This document shows, piece after piece, positions 7,478-17,523 of a stretch of DNA of 64,000 bases; the first letter of the stretch is position 1, and the number at the start of each line of letters is the position of its first letter. The notes below the pieces were generated by a model, which worked only from the letters and a program-made list of their open reading frames with translations, ran no database searches and was not told the origin of the DNA. The translations under genes were made by a program, and so were the position numbers. The DNA comes from a virus (Duplodnaviria > Caudoviricetes): IMG/VR virus record IMGVR_UViG_3300033066_001054; one strand, written 5' to 3'.

Positions 7478-8767
7478 ATGTCGACAATGACAGTAATTCA
7501 GAACCCGGTCAATGAGACCTATTTTCGACCATACGATTTCAACATGACCGATGGACGTCGGGCATATGTTGATGCGAATGGCACATTCCGCACCGCATTT
7601 GACGAGACTGCTGATGCTATCCATACTAAGGTGGCTCTGGATTGGCGTGCTCGATGCATTCCTGCGATGCCGCTGTTCGAGCGCGTTTACGACGCTGCTC
7701 AGCACAACATCGACGTCAAGACTCCCGAGAGCAACGTTCGAATCACGAATGACTTGACTTTGCCGGACGGCACCAAGTTCACTCATGGCGGACTGCGGTC
7801 TCTGATGTTCTTTGCCGGCATCCCCATCAAGATGCAGGATTGGCTTGCGATGTTCCAGTATCTTCCGGACCTGGCGCGTTTCTGCAACGAGTCTCTCGAC
7901 CGTCGTGAAATGGAGTGGGCTGACAAGGGTAAGCCGGCTCGGAACTTTATGGTTCGAATGCGCAAGGACGAGCATGGCAAGCACGTTGTGCGTGCTGTGT
8001 TGTCTGGTCAGTATGCGCGTTTCGACAATCATGAGGCGTGCAAGATGGTGCAGAACGCTTTGTCCACGATGGACGATGTGCTCGTCACTCATGGTTGGAC
8101 GAACCAGGATGCCATCATGCTGGACTTGCTCCTGCCTGACACGATGAAGGACGACCCTACCAACCAGTGGGGTGTTGGCTTCAGCTTCTCGAACAACGAG
8201 ATTGGCGCCGGAACCTTCAGCGTGGAACCGTATGTTTTCCGTTCGATTAACCGCACTGGTTACCGATGGGGTGGATTCTCCACCATCGTCAATGTTGACC
8301 AGCGACACATCGGCAACATCAACTACGGCAAACTGCAGGCTGACGTCAAGCGTGCAATCGACATCGCATTGACCGAAGGTCGTTCTATGTTGAATCTGTT
8401 GAGCATGGCTCAGTCGGTTCGCATCAATGACCCGGCATTGGTTATCTCTGGGTTGACCAAGGAAGCCAAGCTGACTCAATCGGATGTTGAGCTGGTGGCT
8501 CGAAAGTACGTCAAGGGTCAGAGTGACCCGCGAACGAACGGGACTGCATTCGGTGTCGTGGAAGCGATTGCCGTTGCGGCCTCAGAAGAGCATGGTGAGC
8601 GACGAACAGCACTTGAGGCTTCCGCCGGACGACTTGTTGCGCCTAAGCTGACTTCGAATGTCACTGACATCGAAAAGCACTGGGCGGACATTGAATCCAC
8701 GGCAGCGCGAAAGGGTGATAAGGATGTCATCCAGTCTGTTCGCGACATCTTGAGTGGTGCGAAGTGA
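7478..8767 (+). CDS. DUF932-like phage/plasmid protein
   Basis: VRAVLSGQYARFDN, GFSFSNNEIGAG, NGTAFGVVEAI resemble the DUF932 family. Confidence 0.7.
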   Translation: MSTMTVIQNPVNETYFRPYDFNMTDGRRAYVDANGTFRTAFDETADAIHTKVALDWRARCIPAMPLFERVYDAAQHNIDVKTPESNVRITNDLTLPDGTKFTHGGLRSLMFFAGIPIKMQDWLAMFQYLPDLARFCNESLDRREMEWADKGKPARNFMVRMRKDEHGKHVVRAVLSGQYARFDNHEACKMVQNALSTMDDVLVTHGWTNQDAIMLDLLLPDTMKDDPTNQWGVGFSFSNNEIGAGTFSVEPYVFRSINRTGYRWGGFSTIVNVDQRHIGNINYGKLQADVKRAIDIALTEGRSMLNLLSMAQSVRINDPALVISGLTKEAKLTQSDVELVARKYVKGQSDPRTNGTAFGVVEAIAVAASEEHGERRTALEASAGRLVAPKLTSNVTDIEKHWADIESTAARKGDKDVIQSVRDILSGAK

Positions 8768-9156
8768 GTGCCTCTCAAGCACTAGCTAATCTGGCAGTCG
8801 CCGCTAACGCGGCGGCTGCCGCCCTCAGCACGTCGACAATCGAGACCGAAGAGAAACCGGGACTTCGATTGCCAAACGGTGAGCGGGTATTGGATTATGC
8901 TCGTCGTCTGTACATCCACTCGATTTCCACATGGATTGATGATGGGGCACTCGAGGGAAAAGATATCGTTGACTTGGAAGTCGACGTGCATCGCAACGAC
9001 GAGCCATATTATCTCGTGCATTGGCCTGGGACCAAAAATTGTGCAATAATCTATCCGTCCAATGGCGGAGCAGGTAATTGCCCTTGGCGAATGCAGGAGA
9101 TGAGACAAGACCCGATGATTGAATCATTCTTACGAGCACGAAGTGCTTGGAACTAG
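8764..9156 (+). CDS. hypothetical protein
   Basis: GTGA overlap with upstream stop. Confidence 0.65.
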   Translation: MSASQALANLAVAANAAAAALSTSTIETEEKPGLRLPNGERVLDYARRLYIHSISTWIDDGALEGKDIVDLEVDVHRNDEPYYLVHWPGTKNCAIIYPSNGGAGNCPWRMQEMRQDPMIESFLRARSAWN

Positions 9157-9205
9157 TAGTGGCAAACCACGACGACCGAATCGAGTAGACAGGAGAAAAA
9201 CGAAC

Positions 9206-9715
9206 ATGGGACGCACTAAGATTATGCGCAACTACAAAGATGCTCGCGATTTCGTTCGCGGGCTTGGACTCAAAGATACGGCTGCTTGGCATGCATATGC
9301 GGCCAGCACTGAACGACCTAAGGACATCCCGGTGAATCCGTGGGTGGCTTACCGTGAGTACTTCGCCCAGACTGGAGAGAAGTTCTCGATTAACGACTTT
9401 ATCGGTGCCCGCGTCAAGCGTGGTCGACCGCGCAAGGACGAGAATCGAGCTCCCAAGCCTGTGAAGACCAAGGTGGTCACGACCGCACCGGTGCAGAAGA
9501 GTGCTTACGAGACGGCGAAGGATATCGTCCGTAGTCTTCACCTGAAGAGCCGCGCCGAATTCACCGCAATGTCGAAGGATGGCAAGCGACCTGAGGGTGT
9601 GCCAGCTCGCCCAGACCTCACCTTTGCAGGTGGTGAATGGGAAGGTTGGGCCGCATTCCTTGGCAATGCTCCGGCGGAGAACAAGACCGAGGAGCGGGAG
9701 TTCGTCACCGCTTAA
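9206..9715 (+). CDS. putative DNA-binding protein with two integrase-repeat-like units and an AT-hook
   Basis: YKDARDFVRGLGLK...RPKDIPVNP and YETAKDIVRSLHLKS...RPEGVPARP...WEGWAAFLG; KRGRPRK between them; SD AGGAG. Confidence 0.7.
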   Translation: MGRTKIMRNYKDARDFVRGLGLKDTAAWHAYAASTERPKDIPVNPWVAYREYFAQTGEKFSINDFIGARVKRGRPRKDENRAPKPVKTKVVTTAPVQKSAYETAKDIVRSLHLKSRAEFTAMSKDGKRPEGVPARPDLTFAGGEWEGWAAFLGNAPAENKTEEREFVTA

Positions 9716-9762
9716 CCTTTCAGCCCCGAGGCCTTTTGGTCTCGGGGCTATAGGTGTTTATC

Positions 9763-10263
9763 ATGACAATCAACAACGCTTTTAACCAAATTGTGGCAGT
9801 GGTGACCGGGCTCATCAATATCATCGACCGAGAGCTCGGCGCGATGGAGATGCTCGGCAACACCGAAGCCAAAGACGTATTCATCGAGGCAAAGAATTCA
9901 CTGCAGGCCTCGACCGGTGGCAGCGGCTTTGTCGGCGGAGTTAGGATGTTGAATGCAATCAACACGTGTTCCAAAGCATTCGAAGACCAAGCCATTGCAG
10001 AACCCGTTACGCCTGAATATTGGCTCCAGCATGCCTACGAATTCCGTCACGGTGCTGAGATGGCGGCCACTGATTTATTGCACGCTGTTGGCAGTGCTCC
10101 TCAATTCGAGCGTTCACTAGCTGGGTTAAGAATCAGTTGTGCCTATCTCGCGAAGCAATTGGGTCATCGCGACGCAGCTCTTGCGTTTGCGCAAGGCGCA
10201 CTGCGATTAGCGGCCCCGGAATCAGACATCGAGCTAGTGAAGAGGGTAATGCAACCGCATTAG
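9763..10263 (+). CDS. hypothetical protein
   Basis: ORF following hairpin 9722-9749; helical composition. Confidence 0.65.
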   Translation: MTINNAFNQIVAVVTGLINIIDRELGAMEMLGNTEAKDVFIEAKNSLQASTGGSGFVGGVRMLNAINTCSKAFEDQAIAEPVTPEYWLQHAYEFRHGAEMAATDLLHAVGSAPQFERSLAGLRISCAYLAKQLGHRDAALAFAQGALRLAAPESDIELVKRVMQPH

Positions 10264-10272
10264 GAGAAAGAA

Positions 10273-11370
10273 ATGCAAATCGCTGGATATCCGTTTGAAA
10301 ATCCGGTGCGACACGTACACCTGCACCTTTACAACCCGAGTGCAAACCACGACAAAGTCTATCACATCGTCTCTGAAAAGAACAGTGAGGGCAAGGTCCA
10401 GGTATCGGCAATGTGGGGTCGGCGTGGAAGTTCGCTCCGGCACATGGTGAAAACCAAAGATGGCAGCAAGCCCGGTTATGTTTCAGAGTGGTCTGCTCGC
10501 GCTGTGTTCGACAAGTTGCTTGCCGAACAAATTCGCGGCGGCTATGAGGTAAAGAACGATGAGTCGTTTACCCCTGGTGCTCCGGTCGCCATCAAAGAAA
10601 TCGAACTCGAACCTGAAACGAATGTGGTCGTCTGGAACCCGCGTTCATACGCTGAGAATCCGGTCCGCGCTACAGTCGTCAACCAGGACTTCAAGCTCAA
10701 TGGTTATGGTATCGTGCTCCTGCCGGAAGGCAAACGCATTCTGACTCTTGTTGAGAAGAACAAGAAGAAGTTCTTCGACCAGCATGGGGCTGAAATCACC
10801 ATCGACCAGTCACTGTTCAATGCGGTCTACGACCTTGAAGGTGACACGATTATCGACGGGGTTTGGGACGGTTCACACTACTTGGTGTTTGATATGCCTG
10901 GTGAGCGTGATTATGCAGAGCGCATCAAATCCTTGGCGGAGTACATCGACGGAACGGTCGATGACAGCGTGGTCCAGATGGCTGATATCTATTTGACTGC
11001 GGCCGAGACCCAGAGAGCTGTGTCTGATGCTCGAGAACTCGGAGCCCAGACGATTATCGGAATCCATATGTCCGGCGGAGAGCGACCCGGACAGAACGAC
11101 AAATCACGAGTGGTCCTAAGCCTGCGGCCCCGGGCTGTGCTCTGTGTGATGTCGGTCGATGGAGACCTTGCGACGCTGGGCGTCGATGACGGCCTCGGAG
11201 TCATCGAAGTGTGCCAGATGATGATTCAAGACGGCTTGAGTGTTGGCGACAACGTTCTTGTCGAATACGATTCGTGGTCTGGACACGGCACTAGCTTGAA
11301 GAAAGCTGAGTATGTCAAGAAGGCGAACCAGCCTGCTGACTGCTCAATCGACCAACTGCTCGCGGTGTAA
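10273..11370 (+). CDS. WGR-domain protein with degenerate ATP-dependent ligase fold
   Basis: HDKVY...AMWGRRG WGR domain; ligase-like LPEGKRI, IIDG, YLVFD, but the KxDG lysine is absent. Confidence 0.7.
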   Translation: MQIAGYPFENPVRHVHLHLYNPSANHDKVYHIVSEKNSEGKVQVSAMWGRRGSSLRHMVKTKDGSKPGYVSEWSARAVFDKLLAEQIRGGYEVKNDESFTPGAPVAIKEIELEPETNVVVWNPRSYAENPVRATVVNQDFKLNGYGIVLLPEGKRILTLVEKNKKKFFDQHGAEITIDQSLFNAVYDLEGDTIIDGVWDGSHYLVFDMPGERDYAERIKSLAEYIDGTVDDSVVQMADIYLTAAETQRAVSDARELGAQTIIGIHMSGGERPGQNDKSRVVLSLRPRAVLCVMSVDGDLATLGVDDGLGVIEVCQMMIQDGLSVGDNVLVEYDSWSGHGTSLKKAEYVKKANQPADCSIDQLLAV

Positions 11371-11397
11371 TATCCGCGAGCAGGGAGACTCGCAGAT

Positions 11398-12450
11398 ATG
11401 ACAAACAAAATCCAATACCTCAATGCTGACGGTGAGTATTTCGAAGTCGAAGGCAATGAGGCGCATTACATGACTGAAGACGAGTTGTACGACGCTTCAA
11501 ACTCCTTTCAGAACACGCTCGAAGACATCAAAATTGAGTTGCAAGACTTGGTGTATCTGTGGTTGGGTCATGCGAACTTAGTATGGTCAGCTCTGACACC
11601 TGAGGAATTGACCATCTTAAACACACGATGCGGCTACATCAAAAAGACCGTTCGGTACTTTCTGGAAGACGTATATCGAGTGCTTGGTACTCGTGGTTCA
11701 GACGATTATGGTATGACAGCGGCTGATTACGAAGATGAGATTTACTGCAATCACGAATTCGAGTTGAACTTGATGCAAGTGATTCAGAAGTCCTTCGAGT
11801 TCAGTTCTGGTAAGAGTCAGGGTATTGATGGCATCATCGACCTTGAGTGGTTTGAGCAGAAGTACGCCGGCACATGGATGTTGCGTATGTTAGAGCCAGT
11901 GACTGTCAAGCCCTGGGTCATGCCTGCTCCGCCTGCTTTGGTTGTGCCTGAGCGGCCGAGAGTCATTCTCACAGTGTTATCGGTGTCAGACAGTGCGCCG
12001 CGAATCTCTGTGGGCTTCGATGATGTTTTCTGCAACGAACCCATCGGCCGCGAAATCCTAGTCGATGACGAAGTGCGCGTAGGCGACCGTGTCATTATCA
12101 AGACCAGTGGATGGGAAGGCATAGGCCATGAGATGCAGAAGCCAGAGTACGACGGTTTGGCTGAACCAGACTGTCCTTGCTCTGAAATGACTGAGGTCAT
12201 GGAAGTGGAGTACAACTTCGACCTTGAGTTTGAACTTGAACAGCACGAAGCCAGATGGCGCAAGGCGTGGATTGACAAGCATTTCACGTTCAAGACCGAG
12301 CATGAAATCAGGACATCCGGCAAGACGACACACAACGGCTTTCTCAACCCAAGAAAGGCCAAGAAGGTCATTGTTTCTGATGGCCGGACAGAATACGGAG
12401 TTTCTGATGGCTGGACAGAATACGGAGAATACGACGAAGAATACAAATAA
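11398..12450 (+). CDS. hypothetical protein with ligase-like OB segment
   Basis: RPRVILTVLSV...VRVGDRVIIKTSGWEGIG resembles C-terminus of 10273; 27-bp tandem repeat 12373-12426. Confidence 0.65.
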   Translation: MTNKIQYLNADGEYFEVEGNEAHYMTEDELYDASNSFQNTLEDIKIELQDLVYLWLGHANLVWSALTPEELTILNTRCGYIKKTVRYFLEDVYRVLGTRGSDDYGMTAADYEDEIYCNHEFELNLMQVIQKSFEFSSGKSQGIDGIIDLEWFEQKYAGTWMLRMLEPVTVKPWVMPAPPALVVPERPRVILTVLSVSDSAPRISVGFDDVFCNEPIGREILVDDEVRVGDRVIIKTSGWEGIGHEMQKPEYDGLAEPDCPCSEMTEVMEVEYNFDLEFELEQHEARWRKAWIDKHFTFKTEHEIRTSGKTTHNGFLNPRKAKKVIVSDGRTEYGVSDGWTEYGEYDEEYK

Positions 12451-12490
12451 CCCCGGTCCCGGAACCGGGGGTTCTTCCTTGAAAACAATC

Positions 12491-13180
12491 ATGCGACAAA
12501 TCAATCCGGCTAGTGCCATTGAAGTAAGTCAGAATCGAAAGCTCGGTGCGGTCAGTGCAACCTATGCTTCGCAATCAACCTGCCCTGCAAGCTGTCCGCT
12601 TCGCAATGCTGGTTGTTATGCTGAGGCTGGACGCATGGGACTCCATACCCGACGATTGAATGATTCAGACATCACCAAGCCCGAAGCCGTAGCCCAAGTT
12701 GAGGCTGACGCCATCGACCGACTTACCGGTCGATTTCCTCTGCGCTTGCACGTCGTTGGCGATTCGCCAAACGCTGAATGTGCTCGAATTGTTTCCGACG
12801 CCGCAGGTCGACATACCGCAAAGCATGGTCAGCCCGTTTGGACTTACACCCATGCGTTGGATGTTCCACGAGAAGCGTGGGGTTCGGTGAGCGTGCTGCG
12901 CTCGTGTGAGCGTGTTGCTGACGTTGTTAAAGCTCTCGAAGAGGGTTTTGGCGCTGCGATGGTGGTTCCCGAGTTCAAGCAGGACACCGCATACGAGATT
13001 GCCGAAGGATTGACGGGTATTCCATGCCCTGAAATGACCGGCAAAGCTGATTCGTGTTTGAGTTGCGGTCTGTGCATGAAGGCAGACAAGTTGCGGGCTG
13101 GTCGCAAGGTCATCCTGTTTGCGGCTCATGGAAGCCGGACCAAAACGGTCCAGAATAATCTCCGGGTGCTGGCTTCATAG
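12491..13180 (+). CDS. Cys-rich Fe-S-like phage protein (gp88-like), paralog 1
   Basis: SQNRKLG...TCPASCPLRNAGCYA, LRLHVVGD, WTYTH, CP..CLSCGLC; ATG 37 nt after motif. Confidence 0.75.
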   Translation: MRQINPASAIEVSQNRKLGAVSATYASQSTCPASCPLRNAGCYAEAGRMGLHTRRLNDSDITKPEAVAQVEADAIDRLTGRFPLRLHVVGDSPNAECARIVSDAAGRHTAKHGQPVWTYTHALDVPREAWGSVSVLRSCERVADVVKALEEGFGAAMVVPEFKQDTAYEIAEGLTGIPCPEMTGKADSCLSCGLCMKADKLRAGRKVILFAAHGSRTKTVQNNLRVLAS

Positions 13181-13218
13181 CCGGCCCCGGAATCGAGTTT
13201 CAAAGGAATCAACACAAC

Positions 13219-14352
13219 ATGACGACAATGACAGTCCGAAAACAGTGCTCACTTTTCTGCCGAGAAGGGTCATCTGACAAAGAATACAACATCTTCATTG
13301 AAGATTCAGCAACAGTACCCGGCGCTTATGACGTGCGTGCGACATGGGGGCGTCGAGGCGCAGCACGAGACTCGCAATACAAGGCCAACGGCGTCACTAT
13401 GCTTCAGGCAGAAGCGACGCTTATGAGTCTGAAGCGTTCGAAGGAAGCCAAGCGATATCGAGAAGACCCCAGTCTTGCTCAGGGTACTCCACTCACTGCT
13501 GTACCTGCGGCGACGATTGTTTCGAACACGGCCGCTGCTCCGGCAACTCCAGAGCGCGAATACACTGAGCTCAAGCCGCAATTGCTCAACCCGATTACGG
13601 TTGATGATATGGAAACGTACATCACGAGCGATGAATGGCTGGCGCAAGAAAAACTCGATGGCAAGCGAATCATGGTTGAGGTCAACTTCGGCCAGATTAC
13701 TGCAAGCAATCGACGTTCGTGGAAGGTCGGAATCCCGCAAGATGTAGCTGAAGAACTCTCGAAGTTCGATGACTGCATTCTCGATGGAGAGCTGGTTGGT
13801 GGAGTTTATTACGTCTTTGACTGTCTTGGTCACAACGGCGAGGACTTGCGTAGCGACTCGTACATGAACAGATTCAACCGATTGGTTGAGAGCGTAATTG
13901 GCGACCGTATGCTGTATCAAGTAGACATCGTGCCAACTGCTTACAGCACGGATGACAAGCGCAATCTGGTCAAATCACTTGAACACAAGGAAGGTGTGGT
14001 GTTCAAGCTATTGAGCGCACCGCACGAGGTGGGTCGACCTAATAAGCTCGGTTCGCAACTCAAGTGCAAATTCTGGTCAAGCGCAACGTGTGTTGTTTCT
14101 GCGGTTAATACCAAGCGAAGCATCGCCGTGTCCGTTGATTCGCCGGATGGCTTCGTGCCTGTTGGTAACGTCACGGTTCCGCCGAACCATGAACTGCCAA
14201 ATGTTGGTGATTGTGTAGAGGTGAAGTATCTCTATGCTCATAAAGAAGGGTCATTGTATCAACCACAATACTTAGGCACTCGTGATGATGTTGAAATAGA
14301 CATACATTCAAGTCTTAAGTTCAAGGCTGAAGATGAAGACTCTGACTATTAG
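13219..14352 (+). CDS. WGR-domain ATP-dependent DNA ligase
   Basis: SSDKEY...WGRRG; motif I AQEKLDGKR, ILDGELV, YVFD, EGVVFK, LKCK; C-terminal OB fold. Confidence 0.88.
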   Translation: MTTMTVRKQCSLFCREGSSDKEYNIFIEDSATVPGAYDVRATWGRRGAARDSQYKANGVTMLQAEATLMSLKRSKEAKRYREDPSLAQGTPLTAVPAATIVSNTAAAPATPEREYTELKPQLLNPITVDDMETYITSDEWLAQEKLDGKRIMVEVNFGQITASNRRSWKVGIPQDVAEELSKFDDCILDGELVGGVYYVFDCLGHNGEDLRSDSYMNRFNRLVESVIGDRMLYQVDIVPTAYSTDDKRNLVKSLEHKEGVVFKLLSAPHEVGRPNKLGSQLKCKFWSSATCVVSAVNTKRSIAVSVDSPDGFVPVGNVTVPPNHELPNVGDCVEVKYLYAHKEGSLYQPQYLGTRDDVEIDIHSSLKFKAEDEDSDY

Positions 14353-14929
14353 GCATGGATTTATTTACGAAATCCGAAACACAATCAATAACAAGCGATA
14401 TGTGGGTTCCACTGTTTCTCTAAAAGAGCGGTGGAAACTACATATCAACAACCTTCGCAAAGGTACTCATCACTCATTGTTGTTGCAACGTGCGTTTGAC
14501 AAATATGGCTTGGATGCTTTTGAATTCAATGTACTAGAGTGCGTGCTGGATTCCAGGCATAATCTACAGATTGAGCAAAAATACCTAGACACTAAGCCCG
14601 AATACAACCGTGCGTTAAAAGCAGGCGCTCCTCGTCTTGGTGCAAAGTCAACACCAGAACACTGTGCCAGAATGAGCGCGGCCCTCAAAGGCAGGGCCGG
14701 GGTCAATAATGGCAAAAAGTTTTCAGACGAGCACAAAGAAAAAATCAGCAAAGCACTTACTGGTTATAGGCGAGGACCAATGAGTGACGAACTTAAACAA
14801 AAACGCTCTGAAGCACTTTTGGCTTATTGGTCCAGAATGAGGGAGCAGGATACAATGCCAAAAAGAAAATTGACCGAAGCACACAAAGCCAACATCAAAG
14901 CATCATTGTTGGCCAGGAAGAACAAATGA
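14333..14929 (+). CDS. GIY-YIG homing endonuclease with NUMOD3-like repeats
   Basis: GFIYEIRNTINNKRYVGS...RWKLH...LQRAFDKYG...IEQKYLD...YN; SDEHKEKISKA repeats; more AT-rich than neighbours. Confidence 0.9.
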   Translation: MKTLTIRHGFIYEIRNTINNKRYVGSTVSLKERWKLHINNLRKGTHHSLLLQRAFDKYGLDAFEFNVLECVLDSRHNLQIEQKYLDTKPEYNRALKAGAPRLGAKSTPEHCARMSAALKGRAGVNNGKKFSDEHKEKISKALTGYRRGPMSDELKQKRSEALLAYWSRMREQDTMPKRKLTEAHKANIKASLLARKNK

Positions 14930-15051
14930 TTAAAGAACTGAAGGAACTCTGGACTGATGCTCCGGTATCTCGACGCATCGGCGCGATAGCGATGAGCTTG
15001 GTTGTGTTGATTGTCGGAATCTGGGTTGTCAATATCAACTGGCTAGACTAG
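14926..15051 (+). CDS. small membrane protein
   Basis: ATGA overlap; one hydrophobic helix. Confidence 0.55.
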   Translation: MIKELKELWTDAPVSRRIGAIAMSLVVLIVGIWVVNINWLD

Positions 15052-15108
15052 AACACCCACGGCCCCGGAACTTCGGTTCCGGGGTATCATTTGCCTTGTG
15101 AGGAATCA

Positions 15109-15513
15109 ATGAAAAAATCCTACGTAATCATGGCCCCATACTGGGACTACAACGATGAATACAGCTACACCGTTGGCGAAGGCGCCGGCAGTCCTGTGGC
15201 TTCATTCACAAATCGAGAAGCCGCTGACAAGCGTTGCGAAGAACTCGAAATCGAAGCGTGGCGACTTAACCTGGCCGGTGAATCCATCGGCGGATGGATG
15301 TGGGACTCATACAAAGATATGTCCGCATTGTCCGAGGATGAGGCCCAAGAGAAACTCAAAGCCGCGTTCCCTGACGAAGATGGCGATGATGTCGAAATCG
15401 ACTTGGATGACTTCGTTGTTCCGTCTGACGTCACCGACGAACAGATTGCTGTTTTGCGCGAAGTCTTTAGCTGGATTTACTTCAATCACGTCGTTGAGGT
15501 AGACTTAGAGTAA
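15109..15513 (+). CDS. hypothetical acidic protein (paralog of 15683)
   Basis: YNDE, PVA.F, TD.QI motifs shared with 15683..16099. Confidence 0.75.
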   Translation: MKKSYVIMAPYWDYNDEYSYTVGEGAGSPVASFTNREAADKRCEELEIEAWRLNLAGESIGGWMWDSYKDMSALSEDEAQEKLKAAFPDEDGDDVEIDLDDFVVPSDVTDEQIAVLREVFSWIYFNHVVEVDLE

Positions 15514-15698
15514 TGACTGAACTTGAAAAGCAAATCAGAACATATCTCAAACGCAGAATCGAAGAGTGCGGGGACCTTTCAAAGTCCCCTGAACTCTCTG
15601 CTTATGAGCAAGACCTTTTCTCCGCACGCACTGAAGCCTTGCTTGGCGTGCAACAGACCTTCTTCCCAGAGGACGTAAAACAATGCCATTCATCGTAA
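15513..15698 (+). CDS. hypothetical protein
   Basis: TAATG overlap. Confidence 0.6.
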   Translation: MTELEKQIRTYLKRRIEECGDLSKSPELSAYEQDLFSARTEALLGVQQTFFPEDVKQCHSS

Positions 15699-16099
15699 CC
15701 AAAACCCACTACGAATACAACGACGAGACCTACAACTCGCCCGAAGCCGAATACGGCAAGGAACCCGGTGTTCCTGTTGCTGTGTTCAACACCAAGGCAG
15801 AAGCCGAAGCAGACCGCTGGCAACGAGAAATCGACCACTGGCGCGACAACGACGAACTCGGTGGATACGTGTACGAAATCAGCAATGGTGAACCTTGGAG
15901 TGGTTCAAGGAACTACCAGGCCGAGATGGACGAGTACAACGAAAAGCGACGCAAGTTCGCGGAAATCGCCGGCGTGGACCCGCTGACTGTAGAGTTCGGC
16001 TACGAGTTCTCAATGCCAACTGGACTGACGGATGCTCAAATCCGAGAAGTCATCGAGATGTTCAAAGGCCCGCACTTCTACAACGTGTTCGAGGTCTAA
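15683..16099 (+). CDS. hypothetical acidic protein (paralog of 15109)
   Basis: shared motifs with 15109..15513. Confidence 0.75.
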   Translation: MPFIVTKTHYEYNDETYNSPEAEYGKEPGVPVAVFNTKAEAEADRWQREIDHWRDNDELGGYVYEISNGEPWSGSRNYQAEMDEYNEKRRKFAEIAGVDPLTVEFGYEFSMPTGLTDAQIREVIEMFKGPHFYNVFEV

Positions 16100-16157
16100 A
16101 AACCCGGCCCCGGAACCGCAGTTCCGGGGCTTTCTTTCTTTCGGAGACATCAAAAAC

Positions 16158-17198
16158 ATGAGTCACTTTGTTACCGCCGTGTTCGTTCCAACGAACATCG
16201 CAACCCAGCCCAACCTCCTTGAGAGGTACTTGGAAGATACGCTCGCGCCTTTTGACGAAAATCTTGAGGTGGAAGAGTACGACCGCGATTGCCACTGTGT
16301 TGGTTCTGTCGCACGCAATGAAGCACGAGCAAGAGCTGACGCCGAATTTGGCACGATTGAATCATTGCGAAATTCGTTCGCTGCCTTGGTATTGACTGAT
16401 GGTCGTTGCGTTGGAGATATGCAGAAACGCAACAACGAGTTGATGTTTAAGCGAAATGCCAGCGAAGAGGAGAAGTCAGAGTACACCGCTTTAGAGGATG
16501 AACTCAACAAGCTCTGGAGGTCACACACCAAAGACCGATACGACGCAGAGCAGCGATACTTTGACGAGCATCCAATGAAGGATTCGCCCGACCCCACCTG
16601 CGGTTTCTACTCTGGTGAGCGACAGACGTGGTGGCCTGAGGACGCCAAAGAAGGTGACAGGTACAGTGATGAGTCTGGTTGTGGTGGCACTGGTACTTAT
16701 CGCTCGACCTACAACCCTGATTCCCAATGGGACTGGTGGGTTGTTGGTGGTCGCTGGAATGGTTGGCTTGCTCCGCCAGAGGCTCAGCCCGAGAAAAACC
16801 CAGACAACTGGGAAACCTGCTGGTTGTGCCAAGGCACTGGTATGCGAAATGACGAGCTTGGGAAGCAGGCACGAGATGCAGACCCGACGTACACCTGCAA
16901 TGGTTGTGGCGGCGAAGGCAAGAGCCTTGTGTGGCCTACTCAGCAAAAGGACTCTGGTTACAACGTTGTGTCGCCTCGATACATCGAGTCTCTGGGTTTG
17001 ATTGGTGACTTGCCAACACCCTATGCCTTTATCGACCTTCAAGGCGAATGGCATCAGAAGGGTGATATGGGTTGGTGGGGTGTGTCCAGCAACGAGAAAG
17101 ACCGAGATGCGTGGGTTGAAGAGTGGCGTGCCGCTCTTGCCGACGTCAGCGATGGCATGGACGGTTTCCGTGTTGTCGTCGTTGATATGCACATCTAA
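16158..17198 (+). CDS. conserved phage protein with CxxCxGxG zinc-finger insert
   Basis: MSHF...LAPFDENL...TYNPDSQWDWWVVGGRW...GEWHQKGDMGWWG...VVDMHI; CWLCQGTG and CNGCGGEG. Confidence 0.8.
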   Translation: MSHFVTAVFVPTNIATQPNLLERYLEDTLAPFDENLEVEEYDRDCHCVGSVARNEARARADAEFGTIESLRNSFAALVLTDGRCVGDMQKRNNELMFKRNASEEEKSEYTALEDELNKLWRSHTKDRYDAEQRYFDEHPMKDSPDPTCGFYSGERQTWWPEDAKEGDRYSDESGCGGTGTYRSTYNPDSQWDWWVVGGRWNGWLAPPEAQPEKNPDNWETCWLCQGTGMRNDELGKQARDADPTYTCNGCGGEGKSLVWPTQQKDSGYNVVSPRYIESLGLIGDLPTPYAFIDLQGEWHQKGDMGWWGVSSNEKDRDAWVEEWRAALADVSDGMDGFRVVVVDMHI

Positions 17199-17241
17199 CA
17201 ACCCGGCCCCGGAGCTACAGCTCCGGGGCTTTCTTTTGTTT

Positions 17242-17523
17242 ATGAGCCAAACTCAAATCGAAGACGACTATTCCGACTGGATTGCGGTCGGCGGTGGCAA
17301 CTACACTTCTGGAGCAGAACTGCTTGCGAATGGGTACAATCAAGCGCAAGTGGATTATCTGTGCTCACTACCAGTCGAGTCATGTGTTGTCGGAATGATT
17401 ATCAACGCGAATCGAGACAGCTCGCTTGGTGTTCATATTGACACACACCCAGACCACTATGGCGCATATGCAGAAGATGTCGAACGCTACCTTACGGAAA
17501 TGTTGAAACTAGCATCATGCTAA
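17242..17523 (+). CDS. hypothetical protein
   Basis: ATG 38 nt after motif. Confidence 0.7.
   Translation: MSQTQIEDDYSDWIAVGGGNYTSGAELLANGYNQAQVDYLCSLPVESCVVGMIINANRDSSLGVHIDTHPDHYGAYAEDVERYLTEMLKLASC

Noticed and set aside
7307-8479. Long minus-strand ORFs in the array (also 8825..9541, 11817..12488, 22085..22837, 29595..30302)
   Set aside because: They are antisense shadows of well-supported + strand genes and have no recognisable motifs.
11125-11134. Motif-like CGGCCCCGGG inside gene 10273
   Set aside because: Mismatch at the conserved A, mid-gene, and no start codon at +37/38; probably chance. Listed only as a variant.
14333-14929. Group I intron around the GIY-YIG gene
   Set aside because: The upstream ligase appears complete and the endonuclease overlaps both neighbours with no room for intron core structure; treated as free-standing.
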